From an alpha proteobacterium SCGC AAA288-N07 (GTDB taxonomy: Bacteria; Pseudomonadota; Alphaproteobacteria; Pelagibacterales; Pelagibacteraceae), in NCBI GenBank assembly GCA_000513055.1, contig AZYB01000001.1, positions 4,715 to 68,714 on the forward strand: a stretch of 64,000 nt of DNA, given 5' to 3'. Of this stretch, positions 56,928-64,000 are shown one piece after another (positions within the stretch are counted from its first letter, which is position 1; every line of letters begins with the position of its first letter). A program made the translations under genes and the position numbers. Below the pieces are notes generated by a model. The model did not search any database. It was given only the letters and a program-made list of their open reading frames with translations, and was not told where the DNA came from.

Positions 56928-58316
56928 CTATTGCTGTTTTTTTAATTTATTGGCTGACCATATTCCTTTTCTTATACCTCCGTCAGGATATGATAGTGAT
57001 CCTTGGCCGTGCCTTTTACCATTTTTCCATTCACCAATATAAACTCTTCCATTAGAATACTCCATTGTTCCATGTCCGTTCAATTTGTCATTTAACCATC
57101 CCCCTTCATATTTTATAAATAAACCTCTTTTTTCTTTTTTGTTTTCTGATGAAGCTGCGGTAAAATTCATAGTACCTAGTCCATCACGTTTATTTTCTTC
57201 CCATTCTCCAACATAACCCCCTCCATCTTCATAAGTAAAAGATGCTTGTCCATTTCTTATAATTAGTTCACCATTTTTCCAGATGCCTTCTTCTGCTGAT
57301 CCGTCAGCTTTAGTCCATGATCCTTGCCCGTTTCTCTCACCATATTTGTATAATCCAAAATATTTACCACCGTCTTTTAAGAAAATACTTACTTCACCAT
57401 CAAGCAAACCGTTAACCCATCTTCCGCTATTTTTTCTTCCATCAGGAAATATAAATGTTCCTTGTCCATTATATACCCCTTGCGCGAATTCACCTTCATA
57501 TTTTCCCCCAAGATGATTGGTGAAAGTTCCTGCTCCGTGAAATGAGTCTGCTTTAAACTCACCAATATATAGATCTCCATTAGCAAATTTGTACACTCCA
57601 TATCCTTCTGATTTACCTCTTTTAAATCCTCCTTCGTAAATCGCCCCATCATTATACGTATAGGTTCCTTGCCCTGAAAATTTTCCACCTTGAAATTCAC
57701 CAACGTATTTGGATCCATCTTTACCAATCAAAGTTCCTTGACAATTTCTCCATTTAGCAAACATCTTCATTCCTGAAAAGGAAAATGTTTTAACTTCCAT
57801 AGGACTTCCTTCACATTCAATAAATGAACTTTCTATTTGCGTTGGTTCTTTCTTAGCTGACTTAGCTTCCTTTTTTTTCTTAGCTTTATTTTTCTTAGCT
57901 TTATTTTTACCTATTTCAATACGTTCAATTAATTTCCCCTTTTCCCAGATACCGTGATCTATGTCTCCATTAGAAAATGTGTAAGTTCCTAAACCACTTC
58001 GTTTACCTTTTAAAAACTCTCCAACATATTTATCTCCAGCAAATTCACCATCTCCCCATGTGAAAGTTCCTTGTCCTGAATATTTTCCACCTTGAAATTC
58101 ACCAGCATATTTGGATCCATCTTTATGAATCAAAGCACCTTGACAATCTCTCCATTTAGCTAGCATCTTCATTTTAGTTGCAACTCCACCGCCTGTTAAA
58201 GAGAATTTTTTAACTTCATAAGGGCTTCCTTTGCACTCTGGCAATGAACTTGCTGCCTGTGCTATATTGAAAAACAATGAACTTAGAAATAAAGTAACTA
58301 AAAATTTTTTCATCAA
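56928..58316 (-). CDS. secreted MORN-repeat protein with an internal module duplication
   Basis: 462 aa. Signal peptide ending AQA-AS. More than ten YxGxxxxGkxxGxG MORN-type repeats. A Lys-rich linker (KNKAKKNKAKKKKEAKSAKKE) separates two homologous modules. Confidence 0.75.
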   Translation of the reverse strand: MMKKFLVTLFLSSLFFNIAQAASSLPECKGSPYEVKKFSLTGGGVATKMKMLAKWRDCQGALIHKDGSKYAGEFQGGKYSGQGTFTWGDGEFAGDKYVGEFLKGKRSGLGTYTFSNGDIDHGIWEKGKLIERIEIGKNKAKKNKAKKKKEAKSAKKEPTQIESSFIECEGSPMEVKTFSFSGMKMFAKWRNCQGTLIGKDGSKYVGEFQGGKFSGQGTYTYNDGAIYEGGFKRGKSEGYGVYKFANGDLYIGEFKADSFHGAGTFTNHLGGKYEGEFAQGVYNGQGTFIFPDGRKNSGRWVNGLLDGEVSIFLKDGGKYFGLYKYGERNGQGSWTKADGSAEEGIWKNGELIIRNGQASFTYEDGGGYVGEWEENKRDGLGTMNFTAASSENKKEKRGLFIKYEGGWLNDKLNGHGTMEYSNGRVYIGEWKNGKRHGQGSLSYPDGGIRKGIWSANKLKKQQ

Positions 58317-58364
58317 ATATAATTATGAAAAATATCAATCTATTTGTAAAGTTTTAATTTATAA

Positions 58365-58556
58365 ATGTTAGGAAAAGCTGCAATTCTTTTTGTTATACTT
58401 GCTTTACTGCTTGTATTTTATTTGGTCATTAGGTTGGGCGCAGGGAAAAAAAAAGACATTTCTAAATCTCTTCAAATATCCAATTATTTATTTGGGGTTC
58501 GTATTTTAATAATTATACTTGCCATAGTAGCTTTAATTTTATGGTTTTTTTTATAA
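58365..58556 (+). CDS. small two-helix membrane protein (HIG1-like twin-TM protein?)
   Basis: 63 aa. Two hydrophobic helices joined by a basic loop, with an SN...RI pattern at the start of helix 2. Confidence 0.45.
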   Translation: MLGKAAILFVILALLLVFYLVIRLGAGKKKDISKSLQISNYLFGVRILIIILAIVALILWFFL

Positions 58557-58562
58557 ACAAAT

Positions 58563-59618
58563 TTAAGGTGCTGGATTTGGATTGTTTTTGTGAACTACAT
58601 CAATTTCATTAATAATCTCTGAACTTAATTCAACATTAATACTTTCTACATCTTCTTTGAGCTGTTTCATAGTTGTGGCTCCTATTATATTACTTGTTAC
58701 ATGTGGTTGTTGATTAACAAATGCTAAGGATAATTGGGCTAGAGAAATATTATGTTTTTTTGCAATTTTAAAATATTCTTCTACTGCTAATAAAGGCATT
58801 TTACCAACATATCTTGGAAATTGATCACCAAACAATTGTAATCTTGAGCCCTTTGGTCTTTGATTATTTCTATATTTACCACTCAAAACACCAAATGCCA
58901 TTGGAGAGTATGCAAGCAAACCGGATTTTTCTCGAATAGAAATTTCTGCCAAACTAACTTCATATGCTCGGTTTAATAAATTGTAAGGATTTTGAACAGA
59001 TACAAGTCTAGGCAAATCATAAGATTTTGAAATTTCTAAAAACTTAGAAAGCCCCCAGGCCGTTTCATTTGAAAGACCTATATGACGAATTTTTCCTTGA
59101 TCAATAAATTGTTTTAAAACTCGCAAAATAGATTCGAAACTATTCCATTCTTTTTCTTTATCTTCGTGCTTATAGCCTAATTTTCCAAAATAATTTGTAT
59201 TACGTTCTGGCCAATGTAATTGATAAAGATCAATATAATCTGTTTGTAATCTTATTAAACTTTCTTCAATAGCTTTTGAAATATTTTCTTTTGTATAATT
59301 AAGACCTCCCCCACGTATCCATGGAAGACCTGGCCCAGAAATTTTTGTTGCCAATATTACTTTCTCACGATTATTTCGTTCTTTAAACCAATTTCCAATA
59401 ATTATTTCAGTTTTTCCAAAAGTTTTTTCTTTAGGTGGAATAGAATATAATTCTGCTGTGTCGAAAAAATTTACACCTTGATTTATGGCATAATCCATTT
59501 GTTCGAAAGCTTCTTCTTGACTATTTTGTTCGCCCCATGTCATGGTGCCGAGACAAATCAAACTTACTTTTAAATCAGTGTCTCCAAGTTTTTTAAATTT
59601 CATAAAAAAATATTCCAA
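58563..59618 (-). CDS. aldo/keto reductase (Tas-like)
   Basis: 351 aa. AKR motifs FFDTAELY, LATKISG, DLYQLHWPER, GLSNETAWG. Confidence 0.85.
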   Translation of the reverse strand: MEYFFMKFKKLGDTDLKVSLICLGTMTWGEQNSQEEAFEQMDYAINQGVNFFDTAELYSIPPKEKTFGKTEIIIGNWFKERNNREKVILATKISGPGLPWIRGGGLNYTKENISKAIEESLIRLQTDYIDLYQLHWPERNTNYFGKLGYKHEDKEKEWNSFESILRVLKQFIDQGKIRHIGLSNETAWGLSKFLEISKSYDLPRLVSVQNPYNLLNRAYEVSLAEISIREKSGLLAYSPMAFGVLSGKYRNNQRPKGSRLQLFGDQFPRYVGKMPLLAVEEYFKIAKKHNISLAQLSLAFVNQQPHVTSNIIGATTMKQLKEDVESINVELSSEIINEIDVVHKNNPNPAP

Positions 59619-59626
59619 ATAATATT

Positions 59627-59881
59627 TTATTTTTTTTGAATTAAATTTTTCTTAAATAAAGAAATCCCGTTTTTGGTTTTATATTCATAAGATTCCTTAA
59701 AACTCTCTAGTTGCCAACCTGACATTCTTTTGGTGATTTCGCTAAGATTATTTTTTTTCCACTCTTCAGTAGTTTTTTTTTCTTTCCATATTCTTTTTTC
59801 TTCATTAGTTCTGGCACATCCATAACAATAGCTAGTTATAGGATCTGTTTTACAAATACTTAGACAAGGTGAAATAATCAT
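59627..59881 (-). CDS. DUF1289-type small Cys-rich protein
   Basis: 84 aa. SPCLSICKTD...YCYGCARTNEEKRIW matches the DUF1289 cysteine pattern. Confidence 0.7.
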   Translation of the reverse strand: MIISPCLSICKTDPITSYCYGCARTNEEKRIWKEKKTTEEWKKNNLSEITKRMSGWQLESFKESYEYKTKNGISLFKKNLIQKK

Positions 59882-59954
59882 ATAAATAAAAAAACCTAAT
59901 TTAAAATAAATTAAGATATTTTTAAACTATTAAAATATGTATATAATATTTGAA

Positions 59955-60031
59955 GGACTGTTAGCTCAGTTGGTTAGAGCAATCGCCTCTTAAGCGATGG
60001 GTCCTGGGTTCGAATCCCAGACAGTCCACCA
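59955..60031 (+). tRNA. tRNA-Lys (anticodon CUU)
   Basis: GGACTGTTAGCTCAGTTGGTTAGAGCAATCGCCTCTTAAGCGATGGGTCCTGGGTTCGAATCCCAGACAGTCCACCA. Perfect cloverleaf: acceptor GGACTGT/ACAGTCC, anticodon stem ATCGC/GCGAT, loop CTCTTAA, T arm CTGGG/CCCAG, encoded CCA. Confidence 0.95.
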
Positions 60032-60036
60032 TAAGA

Positions 60037-60279
60037 CTATTTATTTATCAAATTATATAGCCAAGCAAAAATTGCTCCACCAATTCCGAAATCAACGAAA
60101 CCCCAAATAGCACCAATAACACTTCCGAGCGGGGTAAAGCTGTAGCCAATATACATCCTTTCAAGCAGGGTAGTTGGTCCCTCTGCATTTCCAATGATAA
60201 TTAACCACCAGGCAAGCAAAAACATTGATACTCCACCCATAATACCTAGAGTCAAAGCAACCGAACGAATAGACAGCAT
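60037..60279 (-). CDS. small integral membrane protein (hypothetical)
   Basis: 80 aa with 2-3 hydrophobic helices. Strong AAGGAGG Shine-Dalgarno upstream of the ATG. Confidence 0.55.
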   Translation of the reverse strand: MLSIRSVALTLGIMGGVSMFLLAWWLIIIGNAEGPTTLLERMYIGYSFTPLGSVIGAIWGFVDFGIGGAIFAWLYNLINK

Positions 60280-60435
60280 ATTATTATTCCTCCTTAACGA
60301 TTTTACGATACTGCATTATTTTTTAGTTGTGAATAGATTTTATTATAAATTTTATTTTTGATTTGAGTGATAAAAATCTCAATTAAGACAACATTAAAAC
60401 AAGCAAATATCCAAATTTGGATTTAATTAGTTATC

Positions 60436-60642
60436 ATGAAAAAAATCATAATTATACTTTCAACATTATTGTTAACTGAATGTTCGAATCATTTGGTCAA
60501 AGCAGGAAAGCGTTGTACCCTTTTGGACAATAATGGCGCCTATGAAAGGTCATTTGTATGGCTTGTAAATAAAGATAATTTAGAGTCCTTTGACGAAAAA
60601 ATTAACAAATTAAATTGTGAAATGAATGGGGAAAAAATTTGA
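60436..60642 (+). CDS. small exported protein (hypothetical)
   Basis: 68 aa. Hydrophobic N-terminal signal-like segment (MKKIIIILSTLLLTEC) with a Cys that could be a lipoprotein acylation site, although the lipobox is atypical. Confidence 0.45.
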   Translation: MKKIIIILSTLLLTECSNHLVKAGKRCTLLDNNGAYERSFVWLVNKDNLESFDEKINKLNCEMNGEKI

Positions 60643-60797
60643 AAACGTTATTTATATTGATCCTCGCATTTTATTGGTCAGTAATAATTTTAGCTCCAGT
60701 TTTAGCTAATTAATATATTTAATTAATATTTGTAGGTTTTTTTCCAATTATATAATGTTGTTGTTCCGTGATTTAACTTTTATAATAAAAATACATT

Positions 60798-61067
60798 ATG
60801 AAAATCAAGGTTGAACTATATGGGGCTAGCAAAGATTTTAGTCCTGAAAATACTATAGAATTAGACTTAAAAAGTAACAGCCATATCAAAGATTTAAGAA
60901 ATGAATTAATTAAATTTATTAATAATAAACACAATGGAAATAAAAATTTTTTCCAAATAGTGAAGTCCTCGGCATTCTGTTCAGAAGATAATAATATTGT
61001 GCATGATGATTACCTAATTTCAAAAGAACAAAAAATAGCTATTATTCCACCTATTGCAGGCGGCTAA
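60798..61067 (+). CDS. MoaD/ThiS-family ubiquitin-like sulfur-carrier protein
   Basis: 89 aa ending in ...IIPPIAGG* (C-terminal Gly-Gly), with beta-grasp-like length and pattern. Confidence 0.65.
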   Translation: MKIKVELYGASKDFSPENTIELDLKSNSHIKDLRNELIKFINNKHNGNKNFFQIVKSSAFCSEDNNIVHDDYLISKEQKIAIIPPIAGG

Positions 61068-61076
61068 ATCTTAAGC

Positions 61077-61658
61077 TTATTTAAGTAAAAAATCTTTTTG
61101 TGTATTAAAATCTTTAAAAATAGATTTAGAATTTACTTTAATCAAACTAAGATTTTTTTTATTTCTTTTAATTATTTTTTTTGCCCCCGAGTCTCCCTTA
61201 GTTTTATTTAGTATTTTAGTCATTGAACTTTTAAAACCGATTGGGTTTCCCATCTTTCTTTTATAGATCGGTGCAATTATTTCTTTTTTTCTAATGTTTT
61301 TTATAGCATAACAAATAGAATTAATAATATTCTTTGAAATTAAGGGCATGTCAGCCTGGATAATTAAAAATCCTATATTTTTTTTTGAAACTCTTTTCAA
61401 ACCAGTTTTAATTGAACTTGCCATACCAGACTTATAATTCTTATTAAAAACAAAGTTAATTTTTTTATTTTTAACTGTTATCTTCTTAACTTTTGAACTT
61501 TGAAAACCTAAAACAACAATTATTTTGTTTACGTTGCTTTTTATTAAAGTGCCTATAATGTGATTAATTAAATATTTTTTATTATATTTTTTTATTAGTT
61601 TATTGTCACCACTCATTCTTTTGGATTGTCCTGCAGCTAATAGAATTGAGGATATCAT
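61077..61658 (-). CDS. MobA/MocA-like nucleotidyltransferase (molybdenum cofactor cytidylyl/guanylyltransferase)
   Basis: 193 aa. N-terminal ILLAAGQSKRM motif. Abuts xdhC-type genes in a cox-like cluster. Confidence 0.7.
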   Translation of the reverse strand: MISSILLAAGQSKRMSGDNKLIKKYNKKYLINHIIGTLIKSNVNKIIVVLGFQSSKVKKITVKNKKINFVFNKNYKSGMASSIKTGLKRVSKKNIGFLIIQADMPLISKNIINSICYAIKNIRKKEIIAPIYKRKMGNPIGFKSSMTKILNKTKGDSGAKKIIKRNKKNLSLIKVNSKSIFKDFNTQKDFLLK

Positions 61659-62339
61659 TTATTTTTTATATGTTTCGGAAACTAATTGAGCAACTATTGA
61701 TAATGCAATTTCTGGAGCGGAACGTCCTCCAAGTTTTATTCCGATAGGTCCAAAAATTCTTTTGATTTCATCATCTTTAAATCCTGCTTCTTTTAATCTT
61801 TTGCATCTATTTTCATGAGTTTTTTTACTACCAAGTGCTCCTATGTAAAAAAAATTATTTTTTAGGGCATGTTGTAGCGCTGGATCATCTATTTTTGGAT
61901 CGTGAGTTAAAGCTATAAGGGCTGAATTTTGATTAGTTTCAATATCTTCAAATGCTTCTTTAGGCCACTTGTTTATTACTTTTATATTTGGAAATCTTTT
62001 CTCTGTTGCAAAATAACCTCTTGGATCAATAATGGAAATTTCAAAATTTAAACTTTTAGCAAAATTAACTAAATATTGAGCTATATGAACCGCTCCTACA
62101 ATAATTATTTTTATCGGACGTATGTAAGTCTCTAAAAAGATGTTAGTTCCTTCTATTATTCCATCTTTTTTACTTCTAAAGTGTAAATCAATTTTATCTT
62201 TATATTTCTCAAAATTTTTATCTATTGGTTTATTTTTTTCAAAAATACAACTTTCTCCATTCTGAAGATCTGTAACAATAGCAAACTCAATCTTTTTTTC
62301 TTTTTTCTCAATAATTTCTTTAAGTAATTGCTTTTTCAT
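61659..62339 (-). CDS. XdhC/CoxI family accessory protein, Rossmann-like C-terminal half
   Basis: 226 aa. IIIVGAVHIAQYL, THDPKIDDPAL and YIGALGSKKT motifs of the XdhC C-terminal domain. Confidence 0.75.
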   Translation of the reverse strand: MKKQLLKEIIEKKEKKIEFAIVTDLQNGESCIFEKNKPIDKNFEKYKDKIDLHFRSKKDGIIEGTNIFLETYIRPIKIIIVGAVHIAQYLVNFAKSLNFEISIIDPRGYFATEKRFPNIKVINKWPKEAFEDIETNQNSALIALTHDPKIDDPALQHALKNNFFYIGALGSKKTHENRCKRLKEAGFKDDEIKRIFGPIGIKLGGRSAPEIALSIVAQLVSETYKK

Positions 62340-62482
62340 TACTTAATAAAAAAATGATAAATCAATAATCCAATTATCAATCCTTTAATAAAGGAAATCC
62401 ATAAAAGACCATAATCAGATACATTTAATTTTTTTTTCCACCATTTTATGTATTTTTTATGAAAAGCTACGAATGTACTCAT
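62339..62482 (-). CDS. unlisted 47-codon ORF encoding a single-pass membrane peptide
   Basis: ATG at 62480-62482 lies 10 nt after the upstream stop. The TAA at 62339-62341 overlaps the ATG of the next gene (TAATG). Product: MSTFVAFHKKYIKWWKKKLNVSDYGLLWISFIKGLIIGLLIYHFFIK. It fills an otherwise odd 153-bp gap. Confidence 0.5.
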   Translation of the reverse strand: MSTFVAFHKKYIKWWKKKLNVSDYGLLWISFIKGLIIGLLIYHFFIK

Positions 62483-62492
62483 AATATTTTAT

Positions 62493-62822
62493 TTAATTAA
62501 TCTGTTCTAAAAAGATTGCAATTTCTCCACCGCAAGCTAAGCCAATTTCCCAAGCACTTTCATTTGAAACTTTAAATTCTATTTTTTTATGTGTTTTTTT
62601 GTCTTTTAATAAACCTAAACATTCACGAACAACCGCGGTTTCTACACATCCTCCTGATACCGAACCTGAAAAATCACCTTTATCGTTAATAATCATTCGA
62701 CTCCCAACCGGTCTTGGGGATGAGCCCCATGTTTGAGTGACAGTTGCTAAAATCACATTTCTCTTGGCTGACAGCCAGTCTTGGGCTTCTTCCAAGATTT
62801 TCTCATCAAACGAATTTTTCAT
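62493..62822 (-). CDS. XdhC/CoxI family accessory protein, N-terminal domain
   Basis: 109 aa. ATVTQTWGSSPRPVGSRMII...GSVSGGCVE motif of the XdhC N-terminal domain. Confidence 0.75.
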   Translation of the reverse strand: MKNSFDEKILEEAQDWLSAKRNVILATVTQTWGSSPRPVGSRMIINDKGDFSGSVSGGCVETAVVRECLGLLKDKKTHKKIEFKVSNESAWEIGLACGGEIAIFLEQIN

Positions 62823-62862
62823 TGATCTATCTTAAATTAAAAGTGAATGGTTTTGAAAGAGC

Positions 62863-63651
62863 TTATTTGCAGCCAGCAACTGCTTTTTTAGCTAGAACTT
62901 TTATTAGATGTGCACGATAATCAGATGACGCGTGAATATCTGAGTTAAAACCTGATGAACTAATTTTTACACTGTCTAGGGCTGAACTTGAAAAGTTAGA
63001 TTTTAAAGCACTTTCAATTTTTTTACATCGAAAAACTACAGATTCAACACCAGTAACTGCAACATTTACTTCTTTTTTATACTTTGCAACATAAACTCCG
63101 ACTATTGCATATCTAGATGCAGGATTAGGAAATTTTACATAGCAAGATTTATCTGGAACTTGAAATTCTACTGTTTGTATTAATTCACCTTTTTTTAAAG
63201 CAGTTTCAAACATTCCTTTAAAAAATTTATCAGCACCTATTTTTCTATCGCTTGTGTGAATTATTGCATTTAAGGCCAAACAAGCTGATGGATAATCAGC
63301 TGCAGGATCATTATTTGCAATTGATCCCCCTATCGTTCCACGATTTCTAACTTGAGGATCTCCAATACCGTCTGCTAAATGAGCCAAAGAACTAATAGCT
63401 CTTTTCACTTCCTTTGAAGACGCAACTTCCGCATGTTTAGTTGTTGCTCCAATTCTTAGACTCTTACTTGATACTTTGATACCCGATAAATCTTTAATAT
63501 TTTTTATATCAATAATATCTGAATACAAAGCTAATCTAAGTTTCATTGCCGGAATCGTAGTCATGCCTCCAGCCAAAAAAGCTGATTTACCTGAAGCTAA
63601 TTTTTTTGCTTCCTTTACATTTTTTACCGAATGAAAATTAAAACCTTTCAT
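62863..63651 (-). CDS. FAD-binding medium subunit of a xanthine dehydrogenase/CO dehydrogenase-family molybdoenzyme (CoxM/CutM-like)
   Basis: 262 aa. AGGMTTIPAMKLR and GTIGGSIANNDPAADYP FAD-binding motifs. Confidence 0.85.
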   Translation of the reverse strand: MKGFNFHSVKNVKEAKKLASGKSAFLAGGMTTIPAMKLRLALYSDIIDIKNIKDLSGIKVSSKSLRIGATTKHAEVASSKEVKRAISSLAHLADGIGDPQVRNRGTIGGSIANNDPAADYPSACLALNAIIHTSDRKIGADKFFKGMFETALKKGELIQTVEFQVPDKSCYVKFPNPASRYAIVGVYVAKYKKEVNVAVTGVESVVFRCKKIESALKSNFSSSALDSVKISSSGFNSDIHASSDYRAHLIKVLAKKAVAGCK

Positions 63652-63656
63652 AATAT

Positions 63657-64000
63657 TTATGCTGCTTCCTTATTTTTTTTATTTTTCTGCAATGCATTGC
63701 ATACTTTTTCAGAAGTTGCTGGCATTGATATATCTTCGCCAATTGCATCAATAACTGCATTCATTACCGCTGGTGGAGCTGCGATTGTTCCTGCTTCTCC
63801 ACACCCTTTGGCTCCTAATGGATTTGATGTAGCTGGTGTCGATGTAAAACCTAATTTAAATTCTGGAAAATTGTCAGCCCTTGGCATTGTATAATCCATA
63901 TATGATGCAGTTATTAACTGTCCCGATTCATCATAATGCGCATTCTCATACAGAGCTTGTCCAATACCTTGTGCTACACCTCCATGAACTTGACCTTCAA
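63657..64000 (-). CDS. 3' part of the molybdopterin-binding large subunit (CoxL/aldehyde oxidase family), continues beyond the right edge
   Basis: The frame stays open upstream of the listed 80-aa ORF to the window edge: ...[43 protein letters not shown]...[14 protein letters not shown]. These are typical large-subunit C-terminal motifs. Confidence 0.85.
   Translation of the reverse strand, partial: EGQVHGGVAQGIGQALYENAHYDESGQLITASYMDYTMPRADNFPEFKLGFTSTPATSNPLGAKGCGEAGTIAAPPAVMNAVIDAIGEDISMPATSEKVCNALQKNKKNKEAA

Noticed and set aside
57283-57727. 77-aa plus-strand and 112-aa minus-strand ORFs within the MORN-repeat gene
   Set aside because: These are alternative frames of a repetitive Gly/Tyr/Lys-rich gene. 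The repeats keep several frames open by chance.
1-64000. CRISPR arrays, IS elements, rRNA genes, riboswitch-sized structured leaders
   Set aside because: No regularly spaced repeats, terminal inverted repeats with transposase, or rRNA-like sequence were seen. The only spacers over 150 bp (11424-11690, 33022-33192, 60280-60435, 60643-60797, 62340-62492) are extremely AT-rich with no obvious conserved helices.

Overview
AT-rich, very gene-dense bacterial chromosome segment: about 70 protein genes, 2 tRNAs, almost no spacer over 150 bp, and many 1-8 nt gene overlaps. The streamlined packing and gene content (proteorhodopsin-type gene, methylcitrate cycle, MTA salvage, amino-acid ABC uptake, cox-like molybdoenzyme genes) look like a Pelagibacterales (SAR11)-type alphaproteobacterium. 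That assignment is inference only. From about 12.4 kb to the right edge the window is mostly housekeeping: map, purB, bolA/grxD, rpsD, cimA, cysS, class II DAHP synthase, glmS, prpDBC, nrdAB, dusA, rpoZ, LPS/glycan genes, a polyamine/MTA block, and an rfbBAC glycan islet next to tRNA-Met. The left 11.4 kb differs. Eleven co-directional minus-strand ORFs, ten genes if the split flotillin counts once (145-11423), are separated by at most 31 nt and look richer in G+C by eye. The cluster is headed by a divergent proteorhodopsin paralogue (helix-C motif D-T-T instead of D-T-E, Schiff-base Lys kept, altered retinal pocket). This is tightly paired with a flotillin/SPFH gene that is split by a frameshift at a G6 run. 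Next come SCP2-like and alpha/beta-hydrolase genes, a small-large-small N,N-dimethylformamidase-like gene set, a long sodium:solute symporter, an Fe-alcohol dehydrogenase and an MBL-fold lactonase-like hydrolase. I consider this rhodopsin-led operon the most interesting content. Other observations: a 37-bp tandem duplication truncating a GGCT-like gene; a stand-alone GlmU acetyltransferase domain; an AdoMetDC-spermidine synthase fusion; a class II aldolase-SDR fusion beside mtnP/mtnA/apt with no canonical downstream salvage genes; rfbBAC without rfbD; an internally duplicated secreted MORN-repeat protein; and an unlisted 47-codon membrane ORF filling the gap between split xdhC halves. No CRISPR, transposase, integrase or rRNA was seen. 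All homology calls come from motif recognition by eye, not from searches.
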